Sequence record: NC_042098.1
Length of the DNA stretch: 64,000 bases
Strand: one strand, 5' to 3'
Below, piece by piece: positions 46,860 to 56,507 of this stretch. Within the stretch, counting starts at the first letter, position 1. Every line of letters starts with the position of its first letter. The translations under genes were made by a program, and so were the position numbers. The notes below the pieces were generated by a model. It was given only the letters and a program-made list of their open reading frames with translations. It searched no databases and was not told the DNA's origin.

Positions 46860-48380
46860 ATGGACAAGTTACCAAGTACCGCACTGCCAAAGGTGTCAAT
46901 GGTTTTATACACCGATGGCGGTTGTCGTCAAAACATCGGAGGCTGGGGAATACATGGTTATTCCTGGTTGGTTGAAGACGATGACAAAAAGAAAAAGAAA
47001 AAGCCGGCGCGTGACGTTCCGTCAACGACTGGCTACATTGTAAAAGACGATCCGAAACTCGACAGTCGTGAAGTGGTCAGGCCCCACGAAGTGATTGAAG
47101 GGTTTGGTGGGATTTTACCTAACACCACGAATAACGTTGCGGAACTCACAGCAACTATTAATGGTATTGACTTAGCACTACAGCAGAACACAGAAAAGCT
47201 CCTCGTCATCTCCGATTCCAAATATGTCGGCGACAATGCAAAGAACCAATTGCATCGTTGGATGAAAGCCGGCTGGAAGAAAGCGGATGGCGGAGATGTT
47301 GCCAACAAAGAGCTGTGGGAAACCCTCAGCAGCAAACTTGATGAGCTGAAATACCGCGGCATCTCGTTTGACATCGAATGGCTGAAAGGGCATGCGGGTC
47401 ACCGTGGAAATCAGTTCGCTGACTACATGGCAACCCGTGGTGTCTTTAAAGGCCGTGTTGGTGACGCTACCCCGTATTATCAGATCCAGGATGCCGGTGA
47501 GTACGATAAGTACAAAACTGAACGTCCGCGCTTTGTCACGCACTCGCGCTGGTACTTCACGTTACAGACTGAAAAGTTGATGAACAAGAACGAACAGGGC
47601 TTGTACGAGTATTGCTTTGGCCACCCAAGTAAAGGGGATGCTGATCAGCAGTACTTAGGCAAAGCGTTAGCCGACACCGCCTTTAGTGTGGTGTGGTTGA
47701 AAGCACCTGAAGAGTGTTTGGATCTGGTTTATTCACGCACCAAAGAGATCGCTACCGACGTTTACGGTAACGCCTTCATTGGTCGCCTGGATAACATTTA
47801 CAACTCATTCATTCACAAAGAGATCATGGACTACGGCGGGTCGTTATTGCAACGTGCGAATAAGTACAACAATGACATCACCAACTGTACCGATGCTCAA
47901 GTGGTGCGTGAGTGTAACCCGCCAGGTATCTCTTACCGGGCACTGTCGAATTTAGGACAGCTTAGTAAGATCCTGAATGAATTTGTCAGCGACAGTTTAC
48001 CTGCGACAACCAGGGTGGTAGAGATTACTGACAAAATCTACCAGACCGTGAAAGGTAAGAAAGAAGATAAGCTGGCATTGCTCGGTTCGATTCGTCAAAC
48101 CGACAAAGCGCTCAAGTTCGATGTACCGTGTGATGTACTCGACAAAGCGATCTCCGTCGAAGTTACAGCCACGCTTGGATTGACCTTACCCAACCGTAAT
48201 ACGTTAAACGGTCTTACGGAACTCAATCCAAAGGTATACCTGTTCTTGACAAAAGAGTCCGACATTGCATTTCGCTACGGATCGATTGTGGTATGCGATG
48301 AAGGGTATTGCATCATGGCCAACGTATACGCTGACCTGCGTACGCTGTCAAAAAAGGATCTGGAGCGTTGCGGGCAGTAA
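46860..48380 (+). CDS. ribonuclease HI with a long C-terminal extension
   Basis: LYTDGG, TNNVAEL, SDSKYV, NKELW, WLKGHAGHRGNQFAD. Confidence 0.88.
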   Translation: MDKLPSTALPKVSMVLYTDGGCRQNIGGWGIHGYSWLVEDDDKKKKKKPARDVPSTTGYIVKDDPKLDSREVVRPHEVIEGFGGILPNTTNNVAELTATINGIDLALQQNTEKLLVISDSKYVGDNAKNQLHRWMKAGWKKADGGDVANKELWETLSSKLDELKYRGISFDIEWLKGHAGHRGNQFADYMATRGVFKGRVGDATPYYQIQDAGEYDKYKTERPRFVTHSRWYFTLQTEKLMNKNEQGLYEYCFGHPSKGDADQQYLGKALADTAFSVVWLKAPEECLDLVYSRTKEIATDVYGNAFIGRLDNIYNSFIHKEIMDYGGSLLQRANKYNNDITNCTDAQVVRECNPPGISYRALSNLGQLSKILNEFVSDSLPATTRVVEITDKIYQTVKGKKEDKLALLGSIRQTDKALKFDVPCDVLDKAISVEVTATLGLTLPNRNTLNGLTELNPKVYLFLTKESDIAFRYGSIVVCDEGYCIMANVYADLRTLSKKDLERCGQ

Positions 48381-48390
48381 AGGGTGACTT

Positions 48391-48747
48391 GTGACCACGT
48401 TATTCGCCGGTGCACCAACCAAGCTTCCGATGATGGACCTGTCTGCGATCATTGATCCAGATAAGGATATCGAGTCTCGGCTTAAACGGAAACTGTTATT
48501 AACTTTCGTTTGTCATTGTCGACGTCCTCGTGCGAGTGCAGATGAGCTTAACCGCACACATGCACTATGCGAGGACTCGGCAGACGTTGAGCAGTGTCTT
48601 GATTACATCTCGCGCATGGGTCCTGAGTTCAGTGAAGCTTACGATGGTGTTGATCTTGAATGTGTGATGGATATCATCGGGCGTACGCCTGAATGGCTCC
48701 GTTACGGATCTGCTATTGAAATGTGGACAGACCTCAAGCAGTTGTAG
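48391..48747 (+). CDS. hypothetical protein
   Basis: operon packing; ends at a bidirectional terminator. Confidence 0.6.
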   Translation: MTTLFAGAPTKLPMMDLSAIIDPDKDIESRLKRKLLLTFVCHCRRPRASADELNRTHALCEDSADVEQCLDYISRMGPEFSEAYDGVDLECVMDIIGRTPEWLRYGSAIEMWTDLKQL

Positions 48748-48796
48748 GGCATAAGAGGAGGGCGTGAGCCCTCCTCTACTTTATGCTGCTTTTTTT
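48748..48796. terminator. bidirectional terminator GGCATAA-hairpin-TTATGC
   Basis: ggcataagaggagggc-gtga-gccctcctctacttttatgctg between convergent genes. Confidence 0.85.
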
Positions 48797-49594
48797 TTAT
48801 TTGACTTCTTTTGCCAACTTCACTGCAGTGTTGTTCAGTGCCGTGCCTGTTGAAATGAACAGGGTATGACAAACACTATAGAGATCAGCTGCACGGGCCG
48901 TAGACAGCAGCGTCTTCGCCAGGTTGTCGATATCGGCCTTGCTGAGTACCAGTTCACCAGACTCAATCTGACTGAAGACCAGATCAGACAGTTCCGCCAC
49001 GCGTTTCACCGCCAGGTTGAAATTGTAGATCTGCCCACGCTTTAACATCGCCACGAGCTTATTAAAGTCCGTGTAGACGTTGGTGAATTCCGTCAGGTTC
49101 GGGAAGCGGGCGGCGAAGCTGATATCGGTGACATCTTTTCCACCCAGCGATTTACCCAACATCGCTTCCACTTTACCCAGGATAGCCTTGTCCACGTTCG
49201 GGGCGTAGGCCACACTGGCATTACCCGCAGAGACACCCGCGAGCCAGGAGTGCAACTTACTGATATGGGTCGACTCCAGCATGGTACAGAAAGCCCGGGC
49301 GGTTGCCAGGTTCTCAACCCATTCCTGATAGCTGACATTCAGACGCGCCGGTTGATAGATCATGCGATCCATGAAGTCGGTGTAGTTGTGCGATGCCAGC
49401 GCTTTGGATAACGGGCTGAGGTCAGCGGTGATCAGATCCTGTGCAGTGCCGTACGCACGATCACTGAAGAACTTCTTAATACCATCAAAGAAGTTGCGGA
49501 TGGGGGCAATAATGTTTAATGCTTCGAGGCCGGCACCGGTTGACTCACGCAGTTCCTGGTAGTCGGCTTCGAGGTTTTCAATGTTGTACGACAT
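48797..49594 (-). CDS. putative virion head protein
   Basis: short acidic N-terminus ending GAGLEA (phiKZ-type propeptide pattern); ggag RBS. Confidence 0.5.
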   Translation of the reverse strand: MSYNIENLEADYQELRESTGAGLEALNIIAPIRNFFDGIKKFFSDRAYGTAQDLITADLSPLSKALASHNYTDFMDRMIYQPARLNVSYQEWVENLATARAFCTMLESTHISKLHSWLAGVSAGNASVAYAPNVDKAILGKVEAMLGKSLGGKDVTDISFAARFPNLTEFTNVYTDFNKLVAMLKRGQIYNFNLAVKRVAELSDLVFSQIESGELVLSKADIDNLAKTLLSTARAADLYSVCHTLFISTGTALNNTAVKLAKEVK

Positions 49595-49675
49595 ATGTAC
49601 TCCGTGAGATAAAAGTAATCTGTTACATAAGATGACTTATTATGAAGGTATTATTAATTAAAAGGACCGCACACA

Positions 49676-51061
49676 ATGTTGTCATTCGGTGAATTTGTTG
49701 AGAAGTCACGCCCTATTCGACCTTTCTTGAATATCGGCGCGGGCTTTGATATCCCAACCGGTAGCTATCGTTTCGGTAAGCACGGTGAATCTATTCTTAA
49801 TGGTGGTCTGGCGCCATTCATTGCGATTGTTGGTAAAGGCAACACCTTTAAAACAGCGATCGGTTGTTTCATGATGACCCGCGTGCTGGAGCGCTACAAT
49901 AACTCTAACGGCCTGCACTACGATACCGAGTGTACGTTCAGTGCTGATCGTCTTACCAGTCTTACCAGTCGTCTGGGTCCGAATGCTGCTGCAGAGTGGC
50001 TGGCCAACGAACGTATCTACCTGACTGATGACTCCATCATTAAAGGTAACCAGTGGTTTAAGAAGTCGGTGCAGGAATACTCCGAAGCGAAGAAGAAAGC
50101 CAAAATGGGTACGCTGCCGTTTGTGGATAAAGATGGGAACCTGATTCCTTATCCATACCCGACAGTCAACTTTGGCGATTCCATGTCTGAGATGAAATTC
50201 GACGATCTGGAAAAGAACTACGCCAAGATGGAAATCGGCCAGGGTGAAATGCAAACGGAAGCCATGCGTGTGTCGAATGCCAAACGCATGTTAATCGAAA
50301 AGACCCAGGGTTACGCCAACGCCGGCGGCATGTATGTTATCATGACAGCGCACTTAGGTAAAGAGCTGAACATGGACGGCAAACCACAAGAGAAGAAAAC
50401 CACCTTTATGAAACAAGGTGACAAAATCTCTAAGGTGCCTTCACAGATCCTCTCTCTGCCAAACAACGCCTGGGAGATCTCTACCGGTACGGTGTTGATC
50501 GATAAGAACACCAAAGAGTGGATGTACCCGAAACAGGGTCGCAATGACGTGGATACCAATGGTAACCCGGACATGATCACTCTGGTGGCGAAGAACCTGC
50601 GCGGGAAGAATGGCCCGTCTGGTGTGCCGTGGGAGTTCGTGATGTCACAGTCTGAAGGCCTGCTGCCATCCCTGACTGAGTTCCATTACATTAAGAACAA
50701 CGGCCGTTATGGCCTGGGTGGCAATGACCGTAATTATTATGTTGAATTGTGCCCAGATATCAAGCTGCAGCGCACCACCGTGCGTGATCGCATCGACGAC
50801 AACCCTGAGTTACGTCGGGCATTAGAGATCACCATGGAGATGTGTCAGATGCGTTTCCTGTGGCACACCCGCGATCCAAAGTACAACATGACTCCTCAGG
50901 AACTGCGCGAAGGCCTGGAGAAGAAAGGGTACAAATGGGATCAGCTGCTCAACACCCGTGGGTTCTGGACGTTTGAAGAAGACAACCATCCATTACCATT
51001 CTTAAGCACAATGGATCTACTCCGCATGTATCATGATGAGTATCGCCCATACTGGCTGTAA
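49676..51061 (+). CDS. uvsX: UvsX/RecA-like recombinase of the phiKZ type
   Basis: GKGNTFKT Walker A, YDTE, GDSMSE, IMTAHLG. Confidence 0.85.
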   Translation: MLSFGEFVEKSRPIRPFLNIGAGFDIPTGSYRFGKHGESILNGGLAPFIAIVGKGNTFKTAIGCFMMTRVLERYNNSNGLHYDTECTFSADRLTSLTSRLGPNAAAEWLANERIYLTDDSIIKGNQWFKKSVQEYSEAKKKAKMGTLPFVDKDGNLIPYPYPTVNFGDSMSEMKFDDLEKNYAKMEIGQGEMQTEAMRVSNAKRMLIEKTQGYANAGGMYVIMTAHLGKELNMDGKPQEKKTTFMKQGDKISKVPSQILSLPNNAWEISTGTVLIDKNTKEWMYPKQGRNDVDTNGNPDMITLVAKNLRGKNGPSGVPWEFVMSQSEGLLPSLTEFHYIKNNGRYGLGGNDRNYYVELCPDIKLQRTTVRDRIDDNPELRRALEITMEMCQMRFLWHTRDPKYNMTPQELREGLEKKGYKWDQLLNTRGFWTFEEDNHPLPFLSTMDLLRMYHDEYRPYWL

Positions 51062-51141
51062 GTGTACCCACTGTGGGAGAGGGTTATCCCTCTCCTTCTT
51101 ATACCGTCAGTAGAGGGAAATAAGCTAATAGGAAGCAGTAT

Positions 51142-51561
51142 ATGCTTAACAAAGAAATACGCATTGTCGTTGCGTCGACTAAAGGTTTCAACGACGCAGA
51201 GCGTTTAAAACTGACTATTGACGGCCTCCTGGAAGATATCTACTACCTCAACGAAGGGGTGGGCGATGAGGACGAGGAGTTGATCACTGATGCCAAGATC
51301 GTTTTCATCACCAATGGCGAACACAAAACAGCGGCTGAGTTGCTGCCTGGTGTGTTGGGTGATCGGAACATCGACATCGAAGTGATCAAGGTTGATTGGT
51401 CAAAAGGTAAGAAAGCGTTTTTTGATAACTGCGCTGTATTGGGTGCGAAGTCGACCCACGGCGTCATTTTTACGGACAGCAAAGATGACGGGATGCAGAC
51501 ACTGCTGAAAGCATGTCTCGATGCCGGCTCACGCGTTCGTACTTATAGCTCTGCTATTTGA
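51142..51561 (+). CDS. divergent SLOG (YspA/DUF2493-like) protein
   Basis: IVVASTKGFND...VDWSKGKKAF..N...GVIFTD...GMQTLL parallels the SLOG half of 52051..52932. Confidence 0.6.
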   Translation: MLNKEIRIVVASTKGFNDAERLKLTIDGLLEDIYYLNEGVGDEDEELITDAKIVFITNGEHKTAAELLPGVLGDRNIDIEVIKVDWSKGKKAFFDNCAVLGAKSTHGVIFTDSKDDGMQTLLKACLDAGSRVRTYSSAI

Positions 51562-51574
51562 GAAAGGTAACCCC

Positions 51575-52021
51575 ATGATAGCCTCAGAAGCTCACGTTAG
51601 TATACTTGACGTTAATGTCACCCACGTTATATGCACAGTTAATTGCGAAGGGCATATGGGTCGTGGCATAGCCTTGTATCTGCGTAAGTGTATTCCGGGG
51701 CTATATGAGCGGTATAAACACCTGTGCAGTTTAGGGATCATCACGGTAGACAAACTCTGGATCTACCCATCACACCCCCGTCAGATTCTCTGCTTTCCAA
51801 CCAAAGATAAAACCTGGGAAGACAGCAAGCTTGAATGGATCGAAGCCAATCTCATAAAGCTTCGTGACAACTACAAAACAAAAGGCATTGTCTCTGTGGC
51901 GATGCCTCCTCTTGGATGTGGAAACGGTAACCTAAAGTGGGATGAGGTGCGGAGCCTCATTTATGCCATCTTGGGCGATTGTGACCTTGAAGTCCACATC
52001 TGTTTAGGTAAACCGAAGTGA
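51575..52021 (+). CDS. DarG-like macrodomain ADP-ribose hydrolase
   Basis: TVNCEGHMGRGIA, ILCFPTK..W..SKLEWI, SVAMPPLGCGNG.L.W; aagg RBS before ATG 51575. Confidence 0.88.
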   Translation: MIASEAHVSILDVNVTHVICTVNCEGHMGRGIALYLRKCIPGLYERYKHLCSLGIITVDKLWIYPSHPRQILCFPTKDKTWEDSKLEWIEANLIKLRDNYKTKGIVSVAMPPLGCGNGNLKWDEVRSLIYAILGDCDLEVHICLGKPK

Positions 52022-52050
52022 GGGAAACACCCTGAATAGGAGCCAGTATT

Positions 52051-52932
52051 ATGTCTGATAACGCACGCGTTTTACCCGATCCACGCGAAGATGGCAAGAC
52101 GCACATCAACGTCTATAGCCGTGGCGCTTCCTGGTTAGGACAGCAACTTTCTAATATGTCCTACTACGACTTCGCACATCCACGCTACGGCGTGTTCGCC
52201 TCGTTGGAGGGCTTCTGGTATTGGTTGTCTACGGGCAAGCAACACGAGGAGTTACGGAAGCTTGCCGGGGTCAAAGCGAAAATGACCGGCCGGGAGTTCG
52301 AGACGATCCCAAATGAAAACTTTGAAGAAGAGTTCAAAGAAGCCATGCGTCTGCGTCTGGAGCAACACCCGATCATTGCTAACGCCCTGGCTGAATCGTT
52401 ACTGCCGTTAAAGCACTACTATTGTTACGGTGGGAAAGTGATCGACTTGTATGACCGCCACAAATGGCAGATGGACTTCTACGAGGAGTGGCGTAAAGCC
52501 AATGCCCCCGAAGACACCACCTTGGTATTGTTGATCTCTGGCTCACGTAAAGAGAAAGACTACGACGCCTTTAAGCACATCGTGATGACCTACCTGCAAC
52601 CGTATATCGACAAGATAAAGGACACGTACAAAATCACCCTGCTTTCGGGGCTCGCCTGGGAAGGTCCCGATGACATGGCAATTCGTCTGTGTCGGGAAGA
52701 AGGCTTCATGTTGATTGGTCTGCCGGCTAAGTGGAAAGAGCAAGGCAAAGCCGCGGGCATGATCCGTAATGGTGCCATGGGGCGGTTGTGTAACAAGGCT
52801 CTGGTGTTCTGGGATGGCGAATCACCGGGGACAAAAGGGATGATTGATTACCTGAAGAAAAATACTATAGACCATCTTGTGTATTTACACGGTAAACATG
52901 AACCTGACTGGAAAGCCCCGGAGACATCATGA
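52051..52932 (+). CDS. NADAR-like domain fused to a C-terminal SLOG (YspA/DUF2493) domain
   Basis: N-terminal HINVYS..LSN..FASLEGFWY..AK; C-terminal ISGSR..SG.A.GPD..AKW...AAGMIRN...FWDGESPGTKGMI. Confidence 0.72.
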   Translation: MSDNARVLPDPREDGKTHINVYSRGASWLGQQLSNMSYYDFAHPRYGVFASLEGFWYWLSTGKQHEELRKLAGVKAKMTGREFETIPNENFEEEFKEAMRLRLEQHPIIANALAESLLPLKHYYCYGGKVIDLYDRHKWQMDFYEEWRKANAPEDTTLVLLISGSRKEKDYDAFKHIVMTYLQPYIDKIKDTYKITLLSGLAWEGPDDMAIRLCREEGFMLIGLPAKWKEQGKAAGMIRNGAMGRLCNKALVFWDGESPGTKGMIDYLKKNTIDHLVYLHGKHEPDWKAPETS

Positions 52933-53603
52933 CCCCAGCACGCGAACAGACCCAGCAATTTGTGATCGAGGCTATTGCTGAGATTCTCCCCGGTTCTAAG
53001 AACCGGGATATCTATATCGACTTCTTCTCGCGGTTGAGCGATGAGGCGTTTGATGCCCTGATGCAGCGGATGGATGAAGACCAGGAGATCTTCCCCTTCT
53101 ACCATCCGAACTTTACCGGCACGGTAATTGATGTTGAACGTGTGATCAAGTTAATTGAAAAGCACGGCGACACTATCATGGAGCAGCTCTGGGATATCGA
53201 CCCGGAAACCGGACTGCAGTACCTGACTCCATTGAAGTATCCGGTGCTGTTACTTCCGCTGCGTATTCAGCAGCAGAAGCTGCAGAAGAAGATGTCGATT
53301 CCAAAAGACAACAACCACATCGACGATCTGACTAACCAGCCCACCACCGAATCCAAAGGGGCTTCTTTGTCTTACCCGGAAGTGCAGATCATCTATGCCA
53401 TGGGTGGTGACAAGATTCTGGAAGAGACCATGAAGGTCCGTGGTGGTGATGAGAAGGCGTTTCGTGATTACAATAACGAAATCATTGCAAGCGGCGGTGT
53501 CACCATTGGTGCAATCAGCAGCAGCAAGACCAAGGTGAAGTCCACCAAAACCGTGCAAGTGATTCTTGAGGCCATGCACCTGAGCAACAACCTGGCCAGT
53601 TAA
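52929..53603 (+). CDS. virion RNA polymerase beta subunit, C-terminal fragment (phiKZ gp149-like)
   Basis: QKKMSIP..IDDLTNQP..SKGASLS.PE...KVRGGD resembles the RNAP beta C-terminal region; ATGA overlap with the previous gene. Confidence 0.75.
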   Translation: MTPAREQTQQFVIEAIAEILPGSKNRDIYIDFFSRLSDEAFDALMQRMDEDQEIFPFYHPNFTGTVIDVERVIKLIEKHGDTIMEQLWDIDPETGLQYLTPLKYPVLLLPLRIQQQKLQKKMSIPKDNNHIDDLTNQPTTESKGASLSYPEVQIIYAMGGDKILEETMKVRGGDEKAFRDYNNEIIASGGVTIGAISSSKTKVKSTKTVQVILEAMHLSNNLAS

Positions 53604-53612
53604 GGATGCAAC

Positions 53613-54173
53613 ATGAGTAGCTTGATAAACAACCTGACCGGTAAAAACAAAGTTGAGTTCAGCCCGATTGATCTTGACAGTGAAGTCGAGCGGGTTGTCT
53701 CTGAGTATGTCGGTACATACTTACGCAACCGTATCTTTCTGGCGGCGCAATCGAAGATACCGGTGAATGAAGACCCGGGGTATCTGCAGATTGTAAACTT
53801 CTTGGCGTTGGTCAACATGGAGTTCAACCATATGCGCATGTGGTCTACGTCTGACATGACCAATACCGTCTGGCCGCAGATCGTTGAAGATGAGTATGTG
53901 TTGCGCTTTGTGTTTAAAGGCACTACCCATGTCAGTGTGCGGTGCTTTGATGGCGACGTACCCTTTCAGAAACTGGTCGACCACGTGGCCGGTTCTCTAA
54001 GCTGCATGTCGCACGGCGGAAATGAAATCATCGCAGCAGCGTTAACCCAGGTCCTGCCACGCAATGACGAACTGGTTGAGCTCTTTACCGGTAACCAATG
54101 GTCGTTGTTCATTTATTACCTGACGCGCATTAACATCATTGAGATTGTGACCAATTCGGGAGGTAGTGTATAA
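53613..54173 (+). CDS. hypothetical protein (phiKZ-like core block)
   Basis: aagga RBS; operon packing. Confidence 0.7.
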   Translation: MSSLINNLTGKNKVEFSPIDLDSEVERVVSEYVGTYLRNRIFLAAQSKIPVNEDPGYLQIVNFLALVNMEFNHMRMWSTSDMTNTVWPQIVEDEYVLRFVFKGTTHVSVRCFDGDVPFQKLVDHVAGSLSCMSHGGNEIIAAALTQVLPRNDELVELFTGNQWSLFIYYLTRINIIEIVTNSGGSV

Positions 54174-54901
54174 TGGTGGGCGGAGATCGTATTGGGTGTT
54201 ACGTCCCCCTGGATGCTTTGTTGGATACCCGTATCGGGGTCATTGACCAAGTGGCCGGGGAAGTAGGATTGGAGTTGGTTAAGTCATGGTACCATACTCG
54301 CACGGCTGATCGCTTTGACCGAAAAGGCACACCGTTAACGCAGGCGGCATATCAGGCAGCCTGGGCCGCCCGCAGTGAAGAGACCTTAAAGCGTACACGC
54401 ATGACCTTTGTGCCGATGTACCTGATGAACCTGATCAGTCGCTTTAACACCTCACACGGCATGCCGATCATGGCCGCAACCTACAACATCACGGTGAACA
54501 CGTATCCGTATCGGTTATCCGATGAGCGCAAAGAACAACTGCAGAAGATCATCGAAACGTACACGTCGGGCATTGCTGAAATCACCATTGACTATATCAG
54601 TCCAGCAGACCTGACTGTCGAGTACGTGAAGGCGAACTACTCCGTGTGCATCATGTATGAGTTTGATGAATGGTTGATGTTGCATAAAGACGAGTTCAGC
54701 CAGACCCAGATGCCCGGGACCGTAATCCTGGCACCTAAGTTGTATCTGGCGGATGTGGGGGAAGATGTGATTAAGCGGGCAGAGCAGACCGATGGCTTTG
54801 CAGGCCTGAGCCTGGCACTCTGTGCATTGGTGACAGTGGTGTTCCTGGATGTAAGGTTGTTCTCTTATGTCACAGACACACCACCGAATCTGGATGAGTG
54901 A
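54173..54901 (+). CDS. hypothetical protein (phiKZ-like core block)
   Basis: ggagg RBS; TAATG overlap. Confidence 0.7.
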   Translation: MVGGDRIGCYVPLDALLDTRIGVIDQVAGEVGLELVKSWYHTRTADRFDRKGTPLTQAAYQAAWAARSEETLKRTRMTFVPMYLMNLISRFNTSHGMPIMAATYNITVNTYPYRLSDERKEQLQKIIETYTSGIAEITIDYISPADLTVEYVKANYSVCIMYEFDEWLMLHKDEFSQTQMPGTVILAPKLYLADVGEDVIKRAEQTDGFAGLSLALCALVTVVFLDVRLFSYVTDTPPNLDE

Positions 54902-55381
54902 TTACTTCTTTTCGCCGCCTGGGTTCATGATATCATCGTACTCGATGTGTTCACTGCCTTGACGGGTCTCACCTGCTTTAAACTCCGGGACCGGTAACTG
55001 ACTGGCATCCGGGGTTGGAGCAGGGACGGCGGCAATCGAGGTGTCTGCACCTTCACCACGCAGGGCAAAACCACCGGCAGCCAACACTTGCTTAACTGCA
55101 CCGATGATAACAGCACCTTGCGCTTCGTCGTTCTCTTGGGCTTTCTGCTCAAGGTCAAGACGTTGACGGTTAATGATGGATTTGTCGATATCACCCATCG
55201 CGGTCAGGGCGATCTTCAACATCTTCGGGTCTTGTCGGGAGGCCTTGATGGGAGCACCGGACTCAGAGTCCTTCTCATCAAGGATATCTTCGACAATCCC
55301 TAACCGTCGCATTTGCATACGACGCATCAAGGCCGCATCGTCTAATTCATAATCAGCCATGAGGCCTCCAGAATAATTCAC
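54902..55381 (-). CDS. hypothetical protein (likely start MADYE)
   Basis: ggagg RBS before MADYE. Confidence 0.65.
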   Translation of the reverse strand: MNYSGGLMADYELDDAALMRRMQMRRLGIVEDILDEKDSESGAPIKASRQDPKMLKIALTAMGDIDKSIINRQRLDLEQKAQENDEAQGAVIIGAVKQVLAAGGFALRGEGADTSIAAVPAPTPDASQLPVPEFKAGETRQGSEHIEYDDIMNPGGEKK

Positions 55382-55382
55382 A

Positions 55383-55401
55383 CCTACATTATCTAGGTGA
55401 T
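55383..55401 (+). promoter_or_regulatory. putative early promoter
   Basis: CCTACATTAT-ctag-GTGAT. Confidence 0.6.
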
Positions 55402-55425
55402 CGTAGTGTATTAAAAGGAATCGTT

Positions 55426-55956
55426 ATGCGCTTTTTTAAAAAGCTTGCACTCAAACGATGCATGGCGATGTTGCGTGATGCGAAGCACGATACCTTCACC
55501 GCGCAAGAAAGCATGAACGTTCTACATGTGCTTGATACCGTGATTTCCACGGACGGCATCATAAAATATTTCGATGTTCGGGTTTCGCTCTCCATATTGA
55601 TGGAAACACAACTCCCCAATGCGATGGCGATGCTGGACTTGATCACCGAAATAAACAAACACATTCAAAAGGATTTGGATGCCACGTTACCGGATCACGG
55701 GACACTATTTGCTGAGTTTCGTGATCTGCGAGTCTTAAGCTTATATGACTGGTTATCTGATAGCGCGGGTCGAGTAGTAGATGCACCACACTTTTACCAA
55801 CTGTTCATTGATCAGTTGAACCAATTAATTACCGTTATAGTGAACTGTGAAGACCAGGCAACCCAACAGTATTATCTGCGTAGATTGCAACCACTCTACA
55901 ACGAATTACTGGGAACAGTGTATGCGGCGTTACACTGCGGAATGCTGAGTCTCTAA
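55426..55956 (+). CDS. hypothetical protein
   Basis: aagga RBS. Confidence 0.7.
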   Translation: MRFFKKLALKRCMAMLRDAKHDTFTAQESMNVLHVLDTVISTDGIIKYFDVRVSLSILMETQLPNAMAMLDLITEINKHIQKDLDATLPDHGTLFAEFRDLRVLSLYDWLSDSAGRVVDAPHFYQLFIDQLNQLITVIVNCEDQATQQYYLRRLQPLYNELLGTVYAALHCGMLSL

Positions 55957-55967
55957 GGAGTTATCAG

Positions 55968-56432
55968 GTGTCTGACAAGAAAAAACCAAGGGATCAATTG
56001 ACGGAGATGTTAACCGATCCGACAAAGCGGTCACGGCAGACCGCGCATCCGTTGGTGAGGCTCTGGCGACAATTCATGGCACGGGAGCTCATCACTCCTT
56101 CCAAATGGGGTGCCTTGATTGCCGAGCACATCACTCGATTGCGACAATACAAAGAAATGGATGTCCAGGCTGTTGGTACCGAACGGGGTAATTTAAAGAA
56201 AGCGTTTATTGAAAAGAACACCATGTCTTTTTCGGCGTTTCAACGTGGCTTACGTTTCCTGGGTTTTGCCAAGGTCACGATCATCGTCATTGCAGAGCGA
56301 CCTAATGGTGAGAAGGTTGAAGAGCGTGTCGAGATTGAATTAATTAAGCGTATGTTTACAGCAGGAACACCGCCAGCCACACCGCCGACAGAGAAAGATA
56401 AACCCGATTCTGATAAACCGCCTGAGAAGTAA
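55968..56432 (+). CDS. hypothetical basic protein
   Basis: aaggag RBS; GTG start; terminator follows. Confidence 0.65.
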   Translation: MSDKKKPRDQLTEMLTDPTKRSRQTAHPLVRLWRQFMARELITPSKWGALIAEHITRLRQYKEMDVQAVGTERGNLKKAFIEKNTMSFSAFQRGLRFLGFAKVTIIVIAERPNGEKVEERVEIELIKRMFTAGTPPATPPTEKDKPDSDKPPEK

Positions 56433-56507
56433 AGACGATACTATAGAAGATGGGACTTCGGTCCCATCGCTATTCCCTTCNTTTTTTTTTTTTGTTGAGG
56501 TTTGATC

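Noticed and set aside
46975-47005. A-rich run in RNase H (gacaaaaagaaaaagaaaaag) as a programmed frameshift site
   Set aside because: The reading frame is intact and encodes a Lys-rich loop; no alternative-frame product is supported
49706-50580. Long antisense ORFs opposite uvsX (and similar ones opposite nrdB, 39254 and the glycine-rich genes)
   Set aside because: Expected shadows of codon-biased genes; no RBS or recognisable motifs
56470-56495. Ambiguous base N in a long T-run
   Set aside because: Assembly or homopolymer artefact in a terminator tail; not biological evidence
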